From an uncultured Bacilli bacterium (GTDB lineage: Bacteria; Bacillota_I; Bacilli_A; RF39; UBA660), in assembly GCA_944371325.1 (NCBI GenBank), contig CALVXO010000005.1, positions 6,441 through 70,440 of the forward strand: a stretch of DNA of 64,000 nt, read 5' to 3'. Both the position numbers and the translations under genes were made by a program. Positions 47,813 through 56,772 of this stretch are shown here, one piece after another. Positions within the stretch are counted from its first letter, which is position 1; each line of letters opens with the position of its first letter. The notes beneath the pieces were generated by a model that was given only the letters and a program-made list of their open reading frames with translations, was not told where the DNA came from and ran no database searches.

Positions 47813-47840
47813 TAAAAAAGTAGATACGAATAGTATCCAC
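47813..47840 (-). terminator. leader attenuator-type terminator upstream of infC
   Basis: The minus strand reads GUGGAUAC-UAUUC-GUAUCUAC (8 bp, one G-U) followed by UUUUUU. It lies between the promoter and the infC SD. B. subtilis infC-rpmI-rplT is controlled by L20-dependent attenuation. Confidence 0.5.
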
Positions 47841-47932
47841 CTTTATAAACACAATTTTAAAATGGCTTATAACCCATAGCTAATGTGCTATCAGGTGGAG
47901 AATACTCGCTTTCCTTCTTCATTTCGTATATA

Positions 47933-47960
47933 ATTATACCATTTATTATATGTTTGTCAA
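47933..47960 (-). promoter_or_regulatory. near-consensus sigma-A promoter of the infC operon
   Basis: The minus strand reads TTGACA (47955-47960), a 16-nt spacer, then TGgTATAAT (-10 at 47933-47938). Confidence 0.6.
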
Positions 47961-47977
47961 GTTTTTTTATGAATTTT

Positions 47978-48316
47978 TTAACTTTCTGTTACAAATTTAT
48001 TAATATAGCCAAAAAATTTATTAACACCACTTTCGACTGCATTTGCTAATGAATTAGAAATATTTAAACCTAATTGAGAAAATTTTGTTTGATAATTTTT
48101 ATTAGTTTTTTCTAAATAATTTTCTAAATCAACATTTTTACCATTTTTTACATCTTCTTCAAACTGTTTAATTTGTTCTTGAGTTAAGGTCACTTGTTCT
48201 CTTTTTTTATATTCATAATAGCCATATTTATTACTTATAAACATTGTTAAAAAAACAGCAAATAAAATTATAAAAGTAAATCTAAATATTTTTGTTCTTA
48301 ATTTTACTGGTTTCAT
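47978..48316 (-). CDS. small membrane-anchored protein, YqxA (DUF3679)-like by size and position
   Basis: A 112-aa protein with one N-terminal TM. It overlaps the spoIIP stop by 4 nt, and B. subtilis has spoIIP-yqxA in this order. The sequence-level call is tentative. Confidence 0.45.
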   Translation of the reverse strand: MKPVKLRTKIFRFTFIILFAVFLTMFISNKYGYYEYKKREQVTLTQEQIKQFEEDVKNGKNVDLENYLEKTNKNYQTKFSQLGLNISNSLANAVESGVNKFFGYINKFVTES

Positions 48317-49215
48317 TTTAATAGCTCCTTTATTGAATTTGCTAAAACTTCTATTGAATTTGATACTTCATTCATTGTATTATAATTTCCACCTATTTCA
48401 ATTAATAAAACATTATCACTTAAATCTTGATTAAAATTATCAACATATTTGTTATAAATTCCTCTAGATATAGTAGAATAATTATTTGTTAAAATATCGT
48501 TTAATTTATTTGCTAAAGCTATATTGTTTTTATAATTAACATTTTGCACAAACATTATTTTGGCATAATCTTTACCATCAATCGATGTAGTTGTTTTTTC
48601 TTTTGAAACAGCATCTCTATGAAGATCTATTATTAAATCAAAATCATATTTAGATAGTTTATCATTTAAAAAAGAACGCGTTGCTTTATAACTATCTACA
48701 AAGTCTAAATTATTTTCATTTAAGTAGTTACTCACACTCCTTTCTTCAACCAATGTTTCTATTCCTAATGAATTAAGTTTTTCTTGTAAAATAATCGAAG
48801 CTAAAACAACAGTATTATCTAATTCATATCCTTCTAATTTATCCCCTGAATATTTTTCACTTTGATGAGTACTATATATATAAACTCTAGGATTTGATAC
48901 AACATTATTTTGAATATAAGAAAATACTTGATCACTTTCTATATTTTTTTCATAAGCAAAAATTTTGTCTATGATAGAAATTGGTTGCTTTAAATCTAAA
49001 TTAAATATATTGAAATTACTAAATAAATTATTTTTTTGATCTTCATCAATAAAAAAATAATTAGAGTTAGTCAACATATTTTTTATAAATTTTTCATTAC
49101 TATTTAATTTTAAATCTTTTATAAAAAAATTAATAACTAAAATTAAAATTACTATTAATAAAGGGATTATGAAAATTCTAACATTTTTTTTCTTTTTTAG
49201 TTTCATTCTTTTCAT
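48313..49215 (-). CDS. spoIIP: stage II sporulation protein P (SpoIIP)
   Basis: N-terminal TM anchor. Blocks VYIYSTHQSEKY, DLIIDLHRDA and LLIEIGGNYN are typical of SpoIIP. The ATG at 49213-49215 follows SD AGGTGA. Confidence 0.85.
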   Translation of the reverse strand: MKRMKLKKKKNVRIFIIPLLIVILILVINFFIKDLKLNSNEKFIKNMLTNSNYFFIDEDQKNNLFSNFNIFNLDLKQPISIIDKIFAYEKNIESDQVFSYIQNNVVSNPRVYIYSTHQSEKYSGDKLEGYELDNTVVLASIILQEKLNSLGIETLVEERSVSNYLNENNLDFVDSYKATRSFLNDKLSKYDFDLIIDLHRDAVSKEKTTTSIDGKDYAKIMFVQNVNYKNNIALANKLNDILTNNYSTISRGIYNKYVDNFNQDLSDNVLLIEIGGNYNTMNEVSNSIEVLANSIKELLK

Positions 49216-49299
49216 ATTTTTCACCTAAATTAATATATTGATAATTATATCACTTTAGAACTTTAAAAAATGTCAAAAAAAAGTTATTTATAAAATAAC

Positions 49300-50922
49300 T
49301 TATGATTTTTTTTCTAATGTTTCTAATATTGGTGGAATAATTTGTTTTTTTCTTGATACAACATTTTTTAAATAGTATCCTTGTTTTAATCTTTCTAATT
49401 TGTAACTTTCCATAATTATATCGTATGATTCATCATTATATAAAATATATGATCCATTATTTATTATATCGGTTACAAATAATAAAATAATTTTATAATT
49501 ATCATTTTTAGAAATATTATTTAATAATGTTATATATTCTTCTTTTTTATTTAAAATGTAATCAACATCTGTTGTAAACACTTGTCCAACACCAATATTT
49601 TCATTATTATAATTAAATTTTTTAAAGTCTTGAAAAATAATATTTTCTTTTGAAACTCCTTCTAAAGAAGAACCAGCTTTGAACATATCCATTCCATATT
49701 GTTGATAATTTACTAAAGCAATTTTTTCTAAATCTGAAACAGCTTCTTGATCTAATTTTGTAGTAGTTGGTGATTTCAATAATAATGTATCGGATAAAAT
49801 ACCAGATAACATTGCCCCAGCTATATTTTGTGGTATTATAACTTTATTTTCTTTAAATAAGTTATAAATTATTGTATTAGAACTACCAACAGCCATATTC
49901 CTAAAATTAATAGGTTGTGTTGTTGCTAAAGTTCCTAATTTATGATGATCAACAACTTCAACTATTTCTGCTTCTTCTAACCCATCAACACTTTGTTCTT
50001 TTTCATTATGATCAACTAATATTACTTTCTTTGGTTTCTTTAAACTAGACAAAGTTAATGGAAGTAATCCCAAACATTCACCTTTTTTATTAATTACTGG
50101 ATAATTTGTATGCTTTGTTTTATTACTTAATTCTTTAAAATATGAATAATAATCAGTATCTTGAATAACTATAGGTGATGAAAATGCCACATTTTCAATA
50201 TAATTACTTAAATTAATTATTTTTGAAGTAGTAAATGTATCATGTTTTGTTCTAATAATATTTACTTTATTTTCTTTAGCTAATTCATAATTATTATTAG
50301 ATAATTCTCCATTACCAACTAATATTATTAATTTTGCTTTAGACCTAATTATATACTCTAATATATTATTTCTATCACCTATAATTAAAATGTCATTATT
50401 AGTTATTTTTATATTTTCAATAAATGTAGTACTTCTAAAGGCGGCAGCCATTATATTTCCTTCAATTTCATCATCAAATTTTAATATTTCTTCACCATCT
50501 AAAGTATCAATTATATTTTTGTATGATGTTTTTAAATGAGTAAATTCGCCATGAATTAATTCTTTTGCTAATTCTTTTAATGTCACTAAACCCATTAATT
50601 TTTTACTATCATCAACGATTGGTAATCCTGTCAAATCATTTTGATTCATATAATTAAATCCTGTACTTATTGATTCCTTAGAATTTAAATAACAGTTTTT
50701 TTTATATTCTATATTCTTAATTTGTAACTTAACATCATTTAAATATTTTGGTTGTTTTAAATTAAAATAATCTAAAACATATTTTGTTTCTTTATTTATC
50801 TCTCCTAAAGTCATAGGCTCTGATTTTAATCCTAATTTATTTTTTAAATATGATAAACTAATACTTGCACATATTGAATCAGTATCTGGTTTTTTGTGAC
50901 CAAAAATATATGTTGTTTGCAT
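49300..50922 (-). CDS. family II (DHH) inorganic pyrophosphatase with CBS/DRTGG regulatory insert
   Basis: DHH block FGHKKPDTDSICAS, CBS pair plus DRTGG region in the middle, VDHHK, and the DHHA2 C-terminus. Size is 540 aa. Confidence 0.85.
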   Translation of the reverse strand: MQTTYIFGHKKPDTDSICASISLSYLKNKLGLKSEPMTLGEINKETKYVLDYFNLKQPKYLNDVKLQIKNIEYKKNCYLNSKESISTGFNYMNQNDLTGLPIVDDSKKLMGLVTLKELAKELIHGEFTHLKTSYKNIIDTLDGEEILKFDDEIEGNIMAAAFRSTTFIENIKITNNDILIIGDRNNILEYIIRSKAKLIILVGNGELSNNNYELAKENKVNIIRTKHDTFTTSKIINLSNYIENVAFSSPIVIQDTDYYSYFKELSNKTKHTNYPVINKKGECLGLLPLTLSSLKKPKKVILVDHNEKEQSVDGLEEAEIVEVVDHHKLGTLATTQPINFRNMAVGSSNTIIYNLFKENKVIIPQNIAGAMLSGILSDTLLLKSPTTTKLDQEAVSDLEKIALVNYQQYGMDMFKAGSSLEGVSKENIIFQDFKKFNYNNENIGVGQVFTTDVDYILNKKEEYITLLNNISKNDNYKIILLFVTDIINNGSYILYNDESYDIIMESYKLERLKQGYYLKNVVSRKKQIIPPILETLEKKS

Positions 50923-50992
50923 AAATACTCCTCCAATTCACTATATAGTTATATAATTTTTTTAAAATTTTGTCAACAAAAAATATTAATTT

Positions 50993-52147
50993 TTAATAAT
51001 TAATATTTTTAATTAAGAACAATATAAACATTAAGAAAATAATAGTTAAAACGATTCCATTTATCTTTTCCATTTTTCTATCTTTATTAATACCACATGC
51101 CATTGATAAGAAAATACCGCTTATTAATCCACCAATATGACATGCATTATCAATACCAGGTGTTATAAAGCCTAAAAATAAGTTTAATATTATAATTGGT
51201 ATAATTTGTGATTGTAATACATTACCTAAATATAGTCTATAATGATATCCAAAATATAATATAGCTCCTAATAATCCAAATATAGCACCAGATGCACCTG
51301 CTGATATACCATCATGGAAACAAATTGACAATAAACTACCAAAAATAGCACTACCTAAATAAATAATTAAATATTTTACTTTTCCATAAAAATTTTCTAT
51401 TTGTGCACCAATTATATATAATGCATACATATTAAATAATAAATGTAATATTCCAATGTGTAAAAAACTAGAAGTAATTAAACGATAATATTGATTAAAA
51501 TCTAATATTAAATTTCTATAATTAGCACCAAAAATCAATAAAGTTAAACTATCTTCACTACCATTACCAAATAAATACATAGCCATAAAAACTAAAACAT
51601 TGATAAAAATTAAAGTATAAGTAATAATAGGTTTTTTAGGTCCAAATATTTTTTCTGCTTCTTTAGCATCTTGTTCAGTTTTTTTATTTATTTCTGATGT
51701 TAACTTTAAAAATAAATTCATTCCTTCTTCTTTATATTCTTTAGTTTTGCTTATATCAGGGAAACATTCTAAAATAGTATTATTTTTAATAACATCATCT
51801 AAATTTTCAACTTTTAAACATGTAATATTATCAATATTTTTTTCTTTATCTAAATGAACATTTTCACCTAAATTAACAAAAATACTTAAAGTTGGAACTT
51901 TCAAAGATAAAGTTTTTTTCTTAATTGACTTCATAATTTGTTTTGTTCTATATACATCAAAATCTAATTGTTCGTCATTATGAATATAATTTGATACGAT
52001 TCTAATTATTTTATAATCACTATCTAAATTTTCCAACCATATCTCATTTTTAGCTCCATGCAATATTACAGGATTATAATTTTTATCAGTTATAAAATAG
52101 TGTAATAATTTAACAATTACTTCTTCATTTTTTTCTAGATAATTCAT
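50993..52147 (-). CDS. rhomboid-family intramembrane serine protease with N-terminal cytoplasmic domain
   Basis: Blocks SFLHIGILHLLFNM, GASGAIFGLLGA (catalytic Ser) and a downstream HIGG (His), with six or seven TM helices. Confidence 0.85.
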   Translation of the reverse strand: MNYLEKNEEVIVKLLHYFITDKNYNPVILHGAKNEIWLENLDSDYKIIRIVSNYIHNDEQLDFDVYRTKQIMKSIKKKTLSLKVPTLSIFVNLGENVHLDKEKNIDNITCLKVENLDDVIKNNTILECFPDISKTKEYKEEGMNLFLKLTSEINKKTEQDAKEAEKIFGPKKPIITYTLIFINVLVFMAMYLFGNGSEDSLTLLIFGANYRNLILDFNQYYRLITSSFLHIGILHLLFNMYALYIIGAQIENFYGKVKYLIIYLGSAIFGSLLSICFHDGISAGASGAIFGLLGAILYFGYHYRLYLGNVLQSQIIPIIILNLFLGFITPGIDNACHIGGLISGIFLSMACGINKDRKMEKINGIVLTIIFLMFILFLIKNINY

Positions 52148-53028
52148 AACTCCTCCTCAAATTTATTTAATATATTAATAAAACATTCTGGTAATTCACA
52201 ACTAAATTCTATATATTTTTTAGTTTTTGGATGAATGAAGCCTAATTCTTTAGCATGTAAACATTGACCTGTATTATCGATTAATTTTCTTTTACCATAC
52301 ACAGGATCATTTACTACAGGATGTCCTATATAATTCATATGGACTCTTATTTGATGAGTTCTTCCTGTTTCAAGTTTTAATTCGATTAAAGTAGCATCCT
52401 TGTATCTTTTTAATACTTTAAAATGAGTAATTGCTTCTTTACCACCAGCTGTAACAGCCATTTTTTTTCGATCATTAATATCTCTTCCTATTGGAGCATC
52501 AATAGTACCAGTATCATTATTAATAACGCCCCAAACTAAAGCAATATATTTTCTATGTGTTGTTTTCTCACTTAACTGTTTAGCTAAGAAATCATGGGCT
52601 TTATCATTTTTAGCTACCATTAATAATCCTGTTGTATAAGCATCTATTCTATGAACAATACCAGGTCTAAATTCCCCGTTTTTTTTACTTAATTCTTTTG
52701 AATGATATAATAATCCATTAACTAATGTATGTTTTGTATTACCAACAGCAGGATGAACAACCATACCATTTTTTTTATTAACTACTATAACATCATCATC
52801 TTCATAAACAATATCTAAATCCATTTTTTCAGGTTCGGCTTTTATTTCTTCTTCTTTTAATTCTGGTATTTCAATTACATCATTTTCTTTTACAATATAA
52901 CTACTTTTTACTTGCTTTCCATTTACAATTATATTTGACTTAGCTATTTTACTTCTACTCACATCTAATAATTTTGATAAATAAATATCAACTCTAACAT
53001 TACCATTTTCTACTATGTGTTCTTGCAT
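52144..53028 (-). CDS. rluD: RluA-family 23S rRNA pseudouridine synthase (RluD-like)
   Basis: N-terminal S4 domain, catalytic HRIDAYTTGLL, and block GRTHQIRVH. Sits downstream of lspA, as in many Bacillota. Confidence 0.9.
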   Translation of the reverse strand: MQEHIVENGNVRVDIYLSKLLDVSRSKIAKSNIIVNGKQVKSSYIVKENDVIEIPELKEEEIKAEPEKMDLDIVYEDDDVIVVNKKNGMVVHPAVGNTKHTLVNGLLYHSKELSKKNGEFRPGIVHRIDAYTTGLLMVAKNDKAHDFLAKQLSEKTTHRKYIALVWGVINNDTGTIDAPIGRDINDRKKMAVTAGGKEAITHFKVLKRYKDATLIELKLETGRTHQIRVHMNYIGHPVVNDPVYGKRKLIDNTGQCLHAKELGFIHPKTKKYIEFSCELPECFINILNKFEEEL

Positions 53029-53459
53029 TTTTTCATCCCTAACAATAATAATATTACTGATATTACAATAAATGAATCCGCTAAATTAAAGATAGCAAAA
53101 TCAAATAATGTAACATCTATAAAATCAATTACATAACCATATAAGATTCTATCAACTAAATTACCTATTATTCCGCTTAATAATAAAGCATAAGTAACGA
53201 TTTCAAAATTATTTAAATTTTTATCTTTTATAAAAAATATATAAATAACATTTAAAGCGATGATAGCTAAAACAATAAATAACCATCTTGCTCCACTTAA
53301 CATACTAAAAGCAGCTCCAGTATTATGGACATAAGTTAAAGATAAAAAATCAAATATTTTTATACTTTCATTAACATTCATGTATATATTAATTAATCCT
53401 TTTGATATTTGATCAATTAATAAAAATATAACACCAAATATAATTAGTTTTTTGTACAT
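53013..53459 (-). CDS. lspA: lipoprotein signal peptidase II
   Basis: Motifs NTGAAFS, GNLVDR and FNLAD. Start at MYKKLIIFG (ATG 53457-53459). The track extension upstream has no SD. Confidence 0.9.
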   Translation of the reverse strand: MYKKLIIFGVIFLLIDQISKGLINIYMNVNESIKIFDFLSLTYVHNTGAAFSMLSGARWLFIVLAIIALNVIYIFFIKDKNLNNFEIVTYALLLSGIIGNLVDRILYGYVIDFIDVTLFDFAIFNLADSFIVISVILLLLGMKKCKNT

Positions 53460-53567
53460 TAAAATCACCGATAATATTATACTATATTTTATAATATAAG
53501 TAAAATATAAAAATCTGATAATTATATTAAAATTATCAGATTTCATTTTGCTATTTATATCTATTAA

Positions 53568-54332
53568 TTAAGATCCCAATAAAGATAAAATAATATTTAT
53601 ATCTATATGACTAAAATAAATAATTAAAGCAGCCATACTTAAAAAAGGTCCATAAGGTATTTCGTGATTTCTATTTGTTTTCATTATAAAAACTGAGACA
53701 GGTAAAGCAATAAAAGCAGATAAAAATATGGTAATAATTGATAATTCCCAACCTATTATTAAACCAAAAACTGCCATTAATTTTATATCTCCTCCACCCA
53801 TAGATTCTCTTTTAAATATAAAATCACCAAATAATTTAAGTAATAACATAATTATAAATGCTATTAAAGCACTTATTATAGAATGTAATAAAACATCTAA
53901 TCCGTTAATAAAATATATTTCTATTATTAATAATAAACTAAATACAATTAATACACTATCTTCTATTATCATATAATAATAATCACTTAAAATAACAATT
54001 ATTAACAAAGAAGTAAATGTTAAAGCAATTATTAAATCATATGATATACCAAATGATAAATAACAAATTACAAATAACAATCCACAAATAATTTCCGATA
54101 TAGGATAAAATATGGATATTTTTTGTTTACAGTTAACACATTTTCCTTTTTGTAACATATAAGATAAAATTGGTATTAATTCTAAAGGCTTTAATTTATG
54201 ATTACAATTTGGGCAATGACTACCTGGATAAATAATTGATTCTCCTTTTGGTAATCTATATGCTACAACATTATAGAAGGAACCAAAAATGGTTCCTAAT
54301 ATGAATAATCCTATTACAATACTTATTTCCAT
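53568..54332 (-). CDS. pilD: prepilin peptidase (A24 family, PilD/ComC)
   Basis: N-terminal CxxC...CxxC (CPNCNHK, CVNCKQK) and the aspartyl protease block MGGGDIKL. The ATG at 54330-54332 follows SD GGGGGA. Confidence 0.9.
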   Translation of the reverse strand: MEISIVIGLFILGTIFGSFYNVVAYRLPKGESIIYPGSHCPNCNHKLKPLELIPILSYMLQKGKCVNCKQKISIFYPISEIICGLLFVICYLSFGISYDLIIALTFTSLLIIVILSDYYYMIIEDSVLIVFSLLLIIEIYFINGLDVLLHSIISALIAFIIMLLLKLFGDFIFKRESMGGGDIKLMAVFGLIIGWELSIITIFLSAFIALPVSVFIMKTNRNHEIPYGPFLSMAALIIYFSHIDINIILSLLGS

Positions 54333-54342
54333 AAAAATCCCC

Positions 54343-56295
54343 CTACATTTGAATTGCACTATAGTAACTAAACATTGGAATAACAATTGATAATACTATT
54401 CCACCAACAGTAAATGTTAAGAATAAAATTAAAGCAGGTTCAATAAATGTTTTAATTCTTGTAACCGCATTTCTATGTAATTCCTGATAATAAGCTGAAA
54501 CCTTTTGCATCATTTCAGCTAATTGACCTGTTCTTTCACCAGTTGTAATCATTTCATAAGCTGGAACTGGGAATGCCCAATGATCTTTAAATGCTAATGA
54601 TATTCTTTCACCTTTTGCTAAATTTGTTATTGTATCAAGTATTAACATTTTATAAATTTCGTTATTTGTTATCTTATTTAATATTTCCATACTATCTGTT
54701 ATAAAAACATTATGAGCTAAAAGGGATGCGAATGTTTTTGTAAACATAGTAACCTCATTATATATAATAACATTACCAAATATAGGTGTATGCATTAACA
54801 ACCATTGAATAAATGTTTTAAATGCTTTAACATTTTTGTATAAATAAACAAATACTAAAATAAATGAACAAACTCCTATAATTAAGAATAAATAATTTTT
54901 TTGTAAGAAAGCACTTAAATTCATAACAAATATTGTGATTCCTGGGATTTGTGCACCATCTATTCCTTCATAGATCTTAACAAACTGTGGCACTACCCAT
55001 ACCATAATAAATACAACTGCAGCAATAGCCAAAACGAATATAATTGCTGGATAAGTCATTGCTGTAATCATTTGTTTTCTTGTTTTATCAGTTTCTGTAA
55101 AGTAATCTTCCATATCATCTAATACTTCTGGCAACTCTCCAGTCATTTCAGACGCTTTCACCATATTAATAAATAATCTTGGAAAAGCTTCACCTTGCTT
55201 TTCCATTGCGGTGGAAAAGTTATCTCCCATAGTTAAATCATATATCATAGTTCTAAATATTCGCGAATATGATTTTTTTCTAAATTGATGAGATAATATT
55301 TTTAATGATTCTACTAAAGGAATACCAGCTTTAATATATGTAGATAATTGCGCACAAAAGAATATTAAGTCCCTTGTTTTTATTTTATATCGATTGTTAG
55401 AAGAACCATTACCATATATTCTTTGAATCCATTTATTTGTCTCAATACTGTAAACTTCATTTCCTTCACTTAATAAAAATGAATGAACTTCTACTTTAGA
55501 ATATGCTGGGAAATATCCTTTGATAATTTTACCATTTGGATCTTTAGCAACATATTTATACATAACTTTTTCTTCACTTTTTTCAGCATCGGCACCTTCA
55601 AAATCCAATAATAAAGCTTGTCTATTAATATCTTTTTTATTTTGAGCATTTTTAGCAAATCTATTGTTAGTAAAAATATTTTTTATTTTTTTAGGTATAT
55701 TACCAATTGACATAAACAAGTCGTTAATATGATCTGCAAATTTCTTTTTTTCCAACACAACATTTTCATTAATATAAATATCAGCTTTTCTTTTTTCTTT
55801 AAGTTCTTCTTTTTTCTTTGCAATTGCTTCTTTTTCTTTTTTTCTATTTTCCGCTAATCTCTTTTTATTTTCTTCATCGATTTGTCTATTTCTTTCTCTA
55901 GCTGCAGCTTTCATTTCTTGTTGTAACTGTTGTTTTTCAAGCATTTTATTATTAATTTCGTTTAATTTAATAAATAATCTTGAAATAATTATAATTGGAT
56001 AAACAAAACCGAATACAACATATTTTATAAATAAATATACAAATCTTGAAATAACTACAAAGCCGATAAATGCATATTTCAATAACTTATACCAAAAATA
56101 TGATAAATATAAAAATACATAACTAATAAGTTTTATAAAATAACTAAAAGTTGATACTACTATATCTATTAAAACAAATAAAGTTATAAAGAACCCAACA
56201 TTTACGTATTTTATAAAAGTTATAGTAAAGACAAACAAAAAACGTACCATCTTATATACATAAATAAATGGCAACAAATAAATTGGTTTATTCAA
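54343..56295 (-). CDS. pilC: type IV pilus/T2SS platform protein (GspF/PilC family) with a 244-aa N-terminal extension
   Basis: From aa 245 (MYKYVAKDPNGKIIKGYFPAYSKVEVHSFLLSEG) onward it is a typical two-repeat PilC. The first 110 aa are hydrophobic with the reiterated motif F(I/V)KY(V). Residues 111-175 are a K/E-rich coiled coil. Confidence 0.85.
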   Translation of the reverse strand: MNKPIYLLPFIYVYKMVRFLFVFTITFIKYVNVGFFITLFVLIDIVVSTFSYFIKLISYVFLYLSYFWYKLLKYAFIGFVVISRFVYLFIKYVVFGFVYPIIIISRLFIKLNEINNKMLEKQQLQQEMKAAARERNRQIDEENKKRLAENRKKEKEAIAKKKEELKEKRKADIYINENVVLEKKKFADHINDLFMSIGNIPKKIKNIFTNNRFAKNAQNKKDINRQALLLDFEGADAEKSEEKVMYKYVAKDPNGKIIKGYFPAYSKVEVHSFLLSEGNEVYSIETNKWIQRIYGNGSSNNRYKIKTRDLIFFCAQLSTYIKAGIPLVESLKILSHQFRKKSYSRIFRTMIYDLTMGDNFSTAMEKQGEAFPRLFINMVKASEMTGELPEVLDDMEDYFTETDKTRKQMITAMTYPAIIFVLAIAAVVFIMVWVVPQFVKIYEGIDGAQIPGITIFVMNLSAFLQKNYLFLIIGVCSFILVFVYLYKNVKAFKTFIQWLLMHTPIFGNVIIYNEVTMFTKTFASLLAHNVFITDSMEILNKITNNEIYKMLILDTITNLAKGERISLAFKDHWAFPVPAYEMITTGERTGQLAEMMQKVSAYYQELHRNAVTRIKTFIEPALILFLTFTVGGIVLSIVIPMFSYYSAIQM

Positions 56296-56414
56296 ATAGT
56301 ATCACCACGCATTCCCTTTTGCTATTCTTAATACTAATACGATTATACCATATTTTTCTAAAAAGTAAAACTTTTTTTTAAAATTTCATATAATATTTTT
56401 GAAAGGAGGAAATT

Positions 56415-56747
56415 ATGAATTTTTATCCTTATTATAATTTTCCTTATACTTCTTTTACACAAGTTCCTAAAGTTGGTGGTTTAAAATCATTATTTGGTGG
56501 AATAAAATGGAGTTCAATATTAAGCGGAACTCAAAAGACATTAAATGTTGTTAATCAAGCAATTCCTATTATTAAACAAGCTGGACCAGTAATAAATAAT
56601 GCAAGAACAATGTTTAGAGTTATGAATGAATTTAACAAAGTTGATTCGCCACAAAATAATACAACTCAAAATAATGTAGTTGTAGAAACAGATAATAAAG
56701 AAAAAATTGAAAAAGTAGAAAATAATGGTCCTGTATTCTTTCAATAA
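56415..56747 (+). CDS. YqfQ-like small protein (tentative)
   Basis: SD AAAGGAGG. LSGTQKTLNVVNQAIPIIKQAGPVINNARTMFRVM resembles the YqfQ block l.ntQKvL...q..P.vqQyGP.v.NlP.m. Confidence 0.45.
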   Translation: MNFYPYYNFPYTSFTQVPKVGGLKSLFGGIKWSSILSGTQKTLNVVNQAIPIIKQAGPVINNARTMFRVMNEFNKVDSPQNNTTQNNVVVETDNKEKIEKVENNGPVFFQ

Positions 56748-56772
56748 AAAAAGCCGATTAATCGGTTTTTTT
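56746..56772. terminator. bidirectional hairpin between the yqfQ-like gene and typA
   Basis: AAAAAAAGCCGATTAATCGGTTTTTTT, with arms AGCCGA and TCGGTT (one G-T pair). It overlaps the typA stop. Confidence 0.5.

Noticed and set aside
53728-53976. 82-aa plus-strand ORF inside pilD
   Set aside because: It is antisense to the conserved prepilin peptidase, and its sequence is Ile/Asn-rich low complexity.
55780-55930. Lys/Glu-rich repetitive stretch in pilC considered as a separate low-complexity ORF or a frameshift artefact
   Set aside because: The reading frame runs continuously from 56295 through to the PilC core, with no stop. I treat it as part of an N-terminal extension and report it under findings.
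56541-56744. 67-aa minus-strand ORF opposite the yqfQ-like gene
   Set aside because: The plus-strand ORF has a strong SD (AAAGGAGG) and a recognisable motif. The minus-strand reading is Ile/Phe-rich and has no SD.
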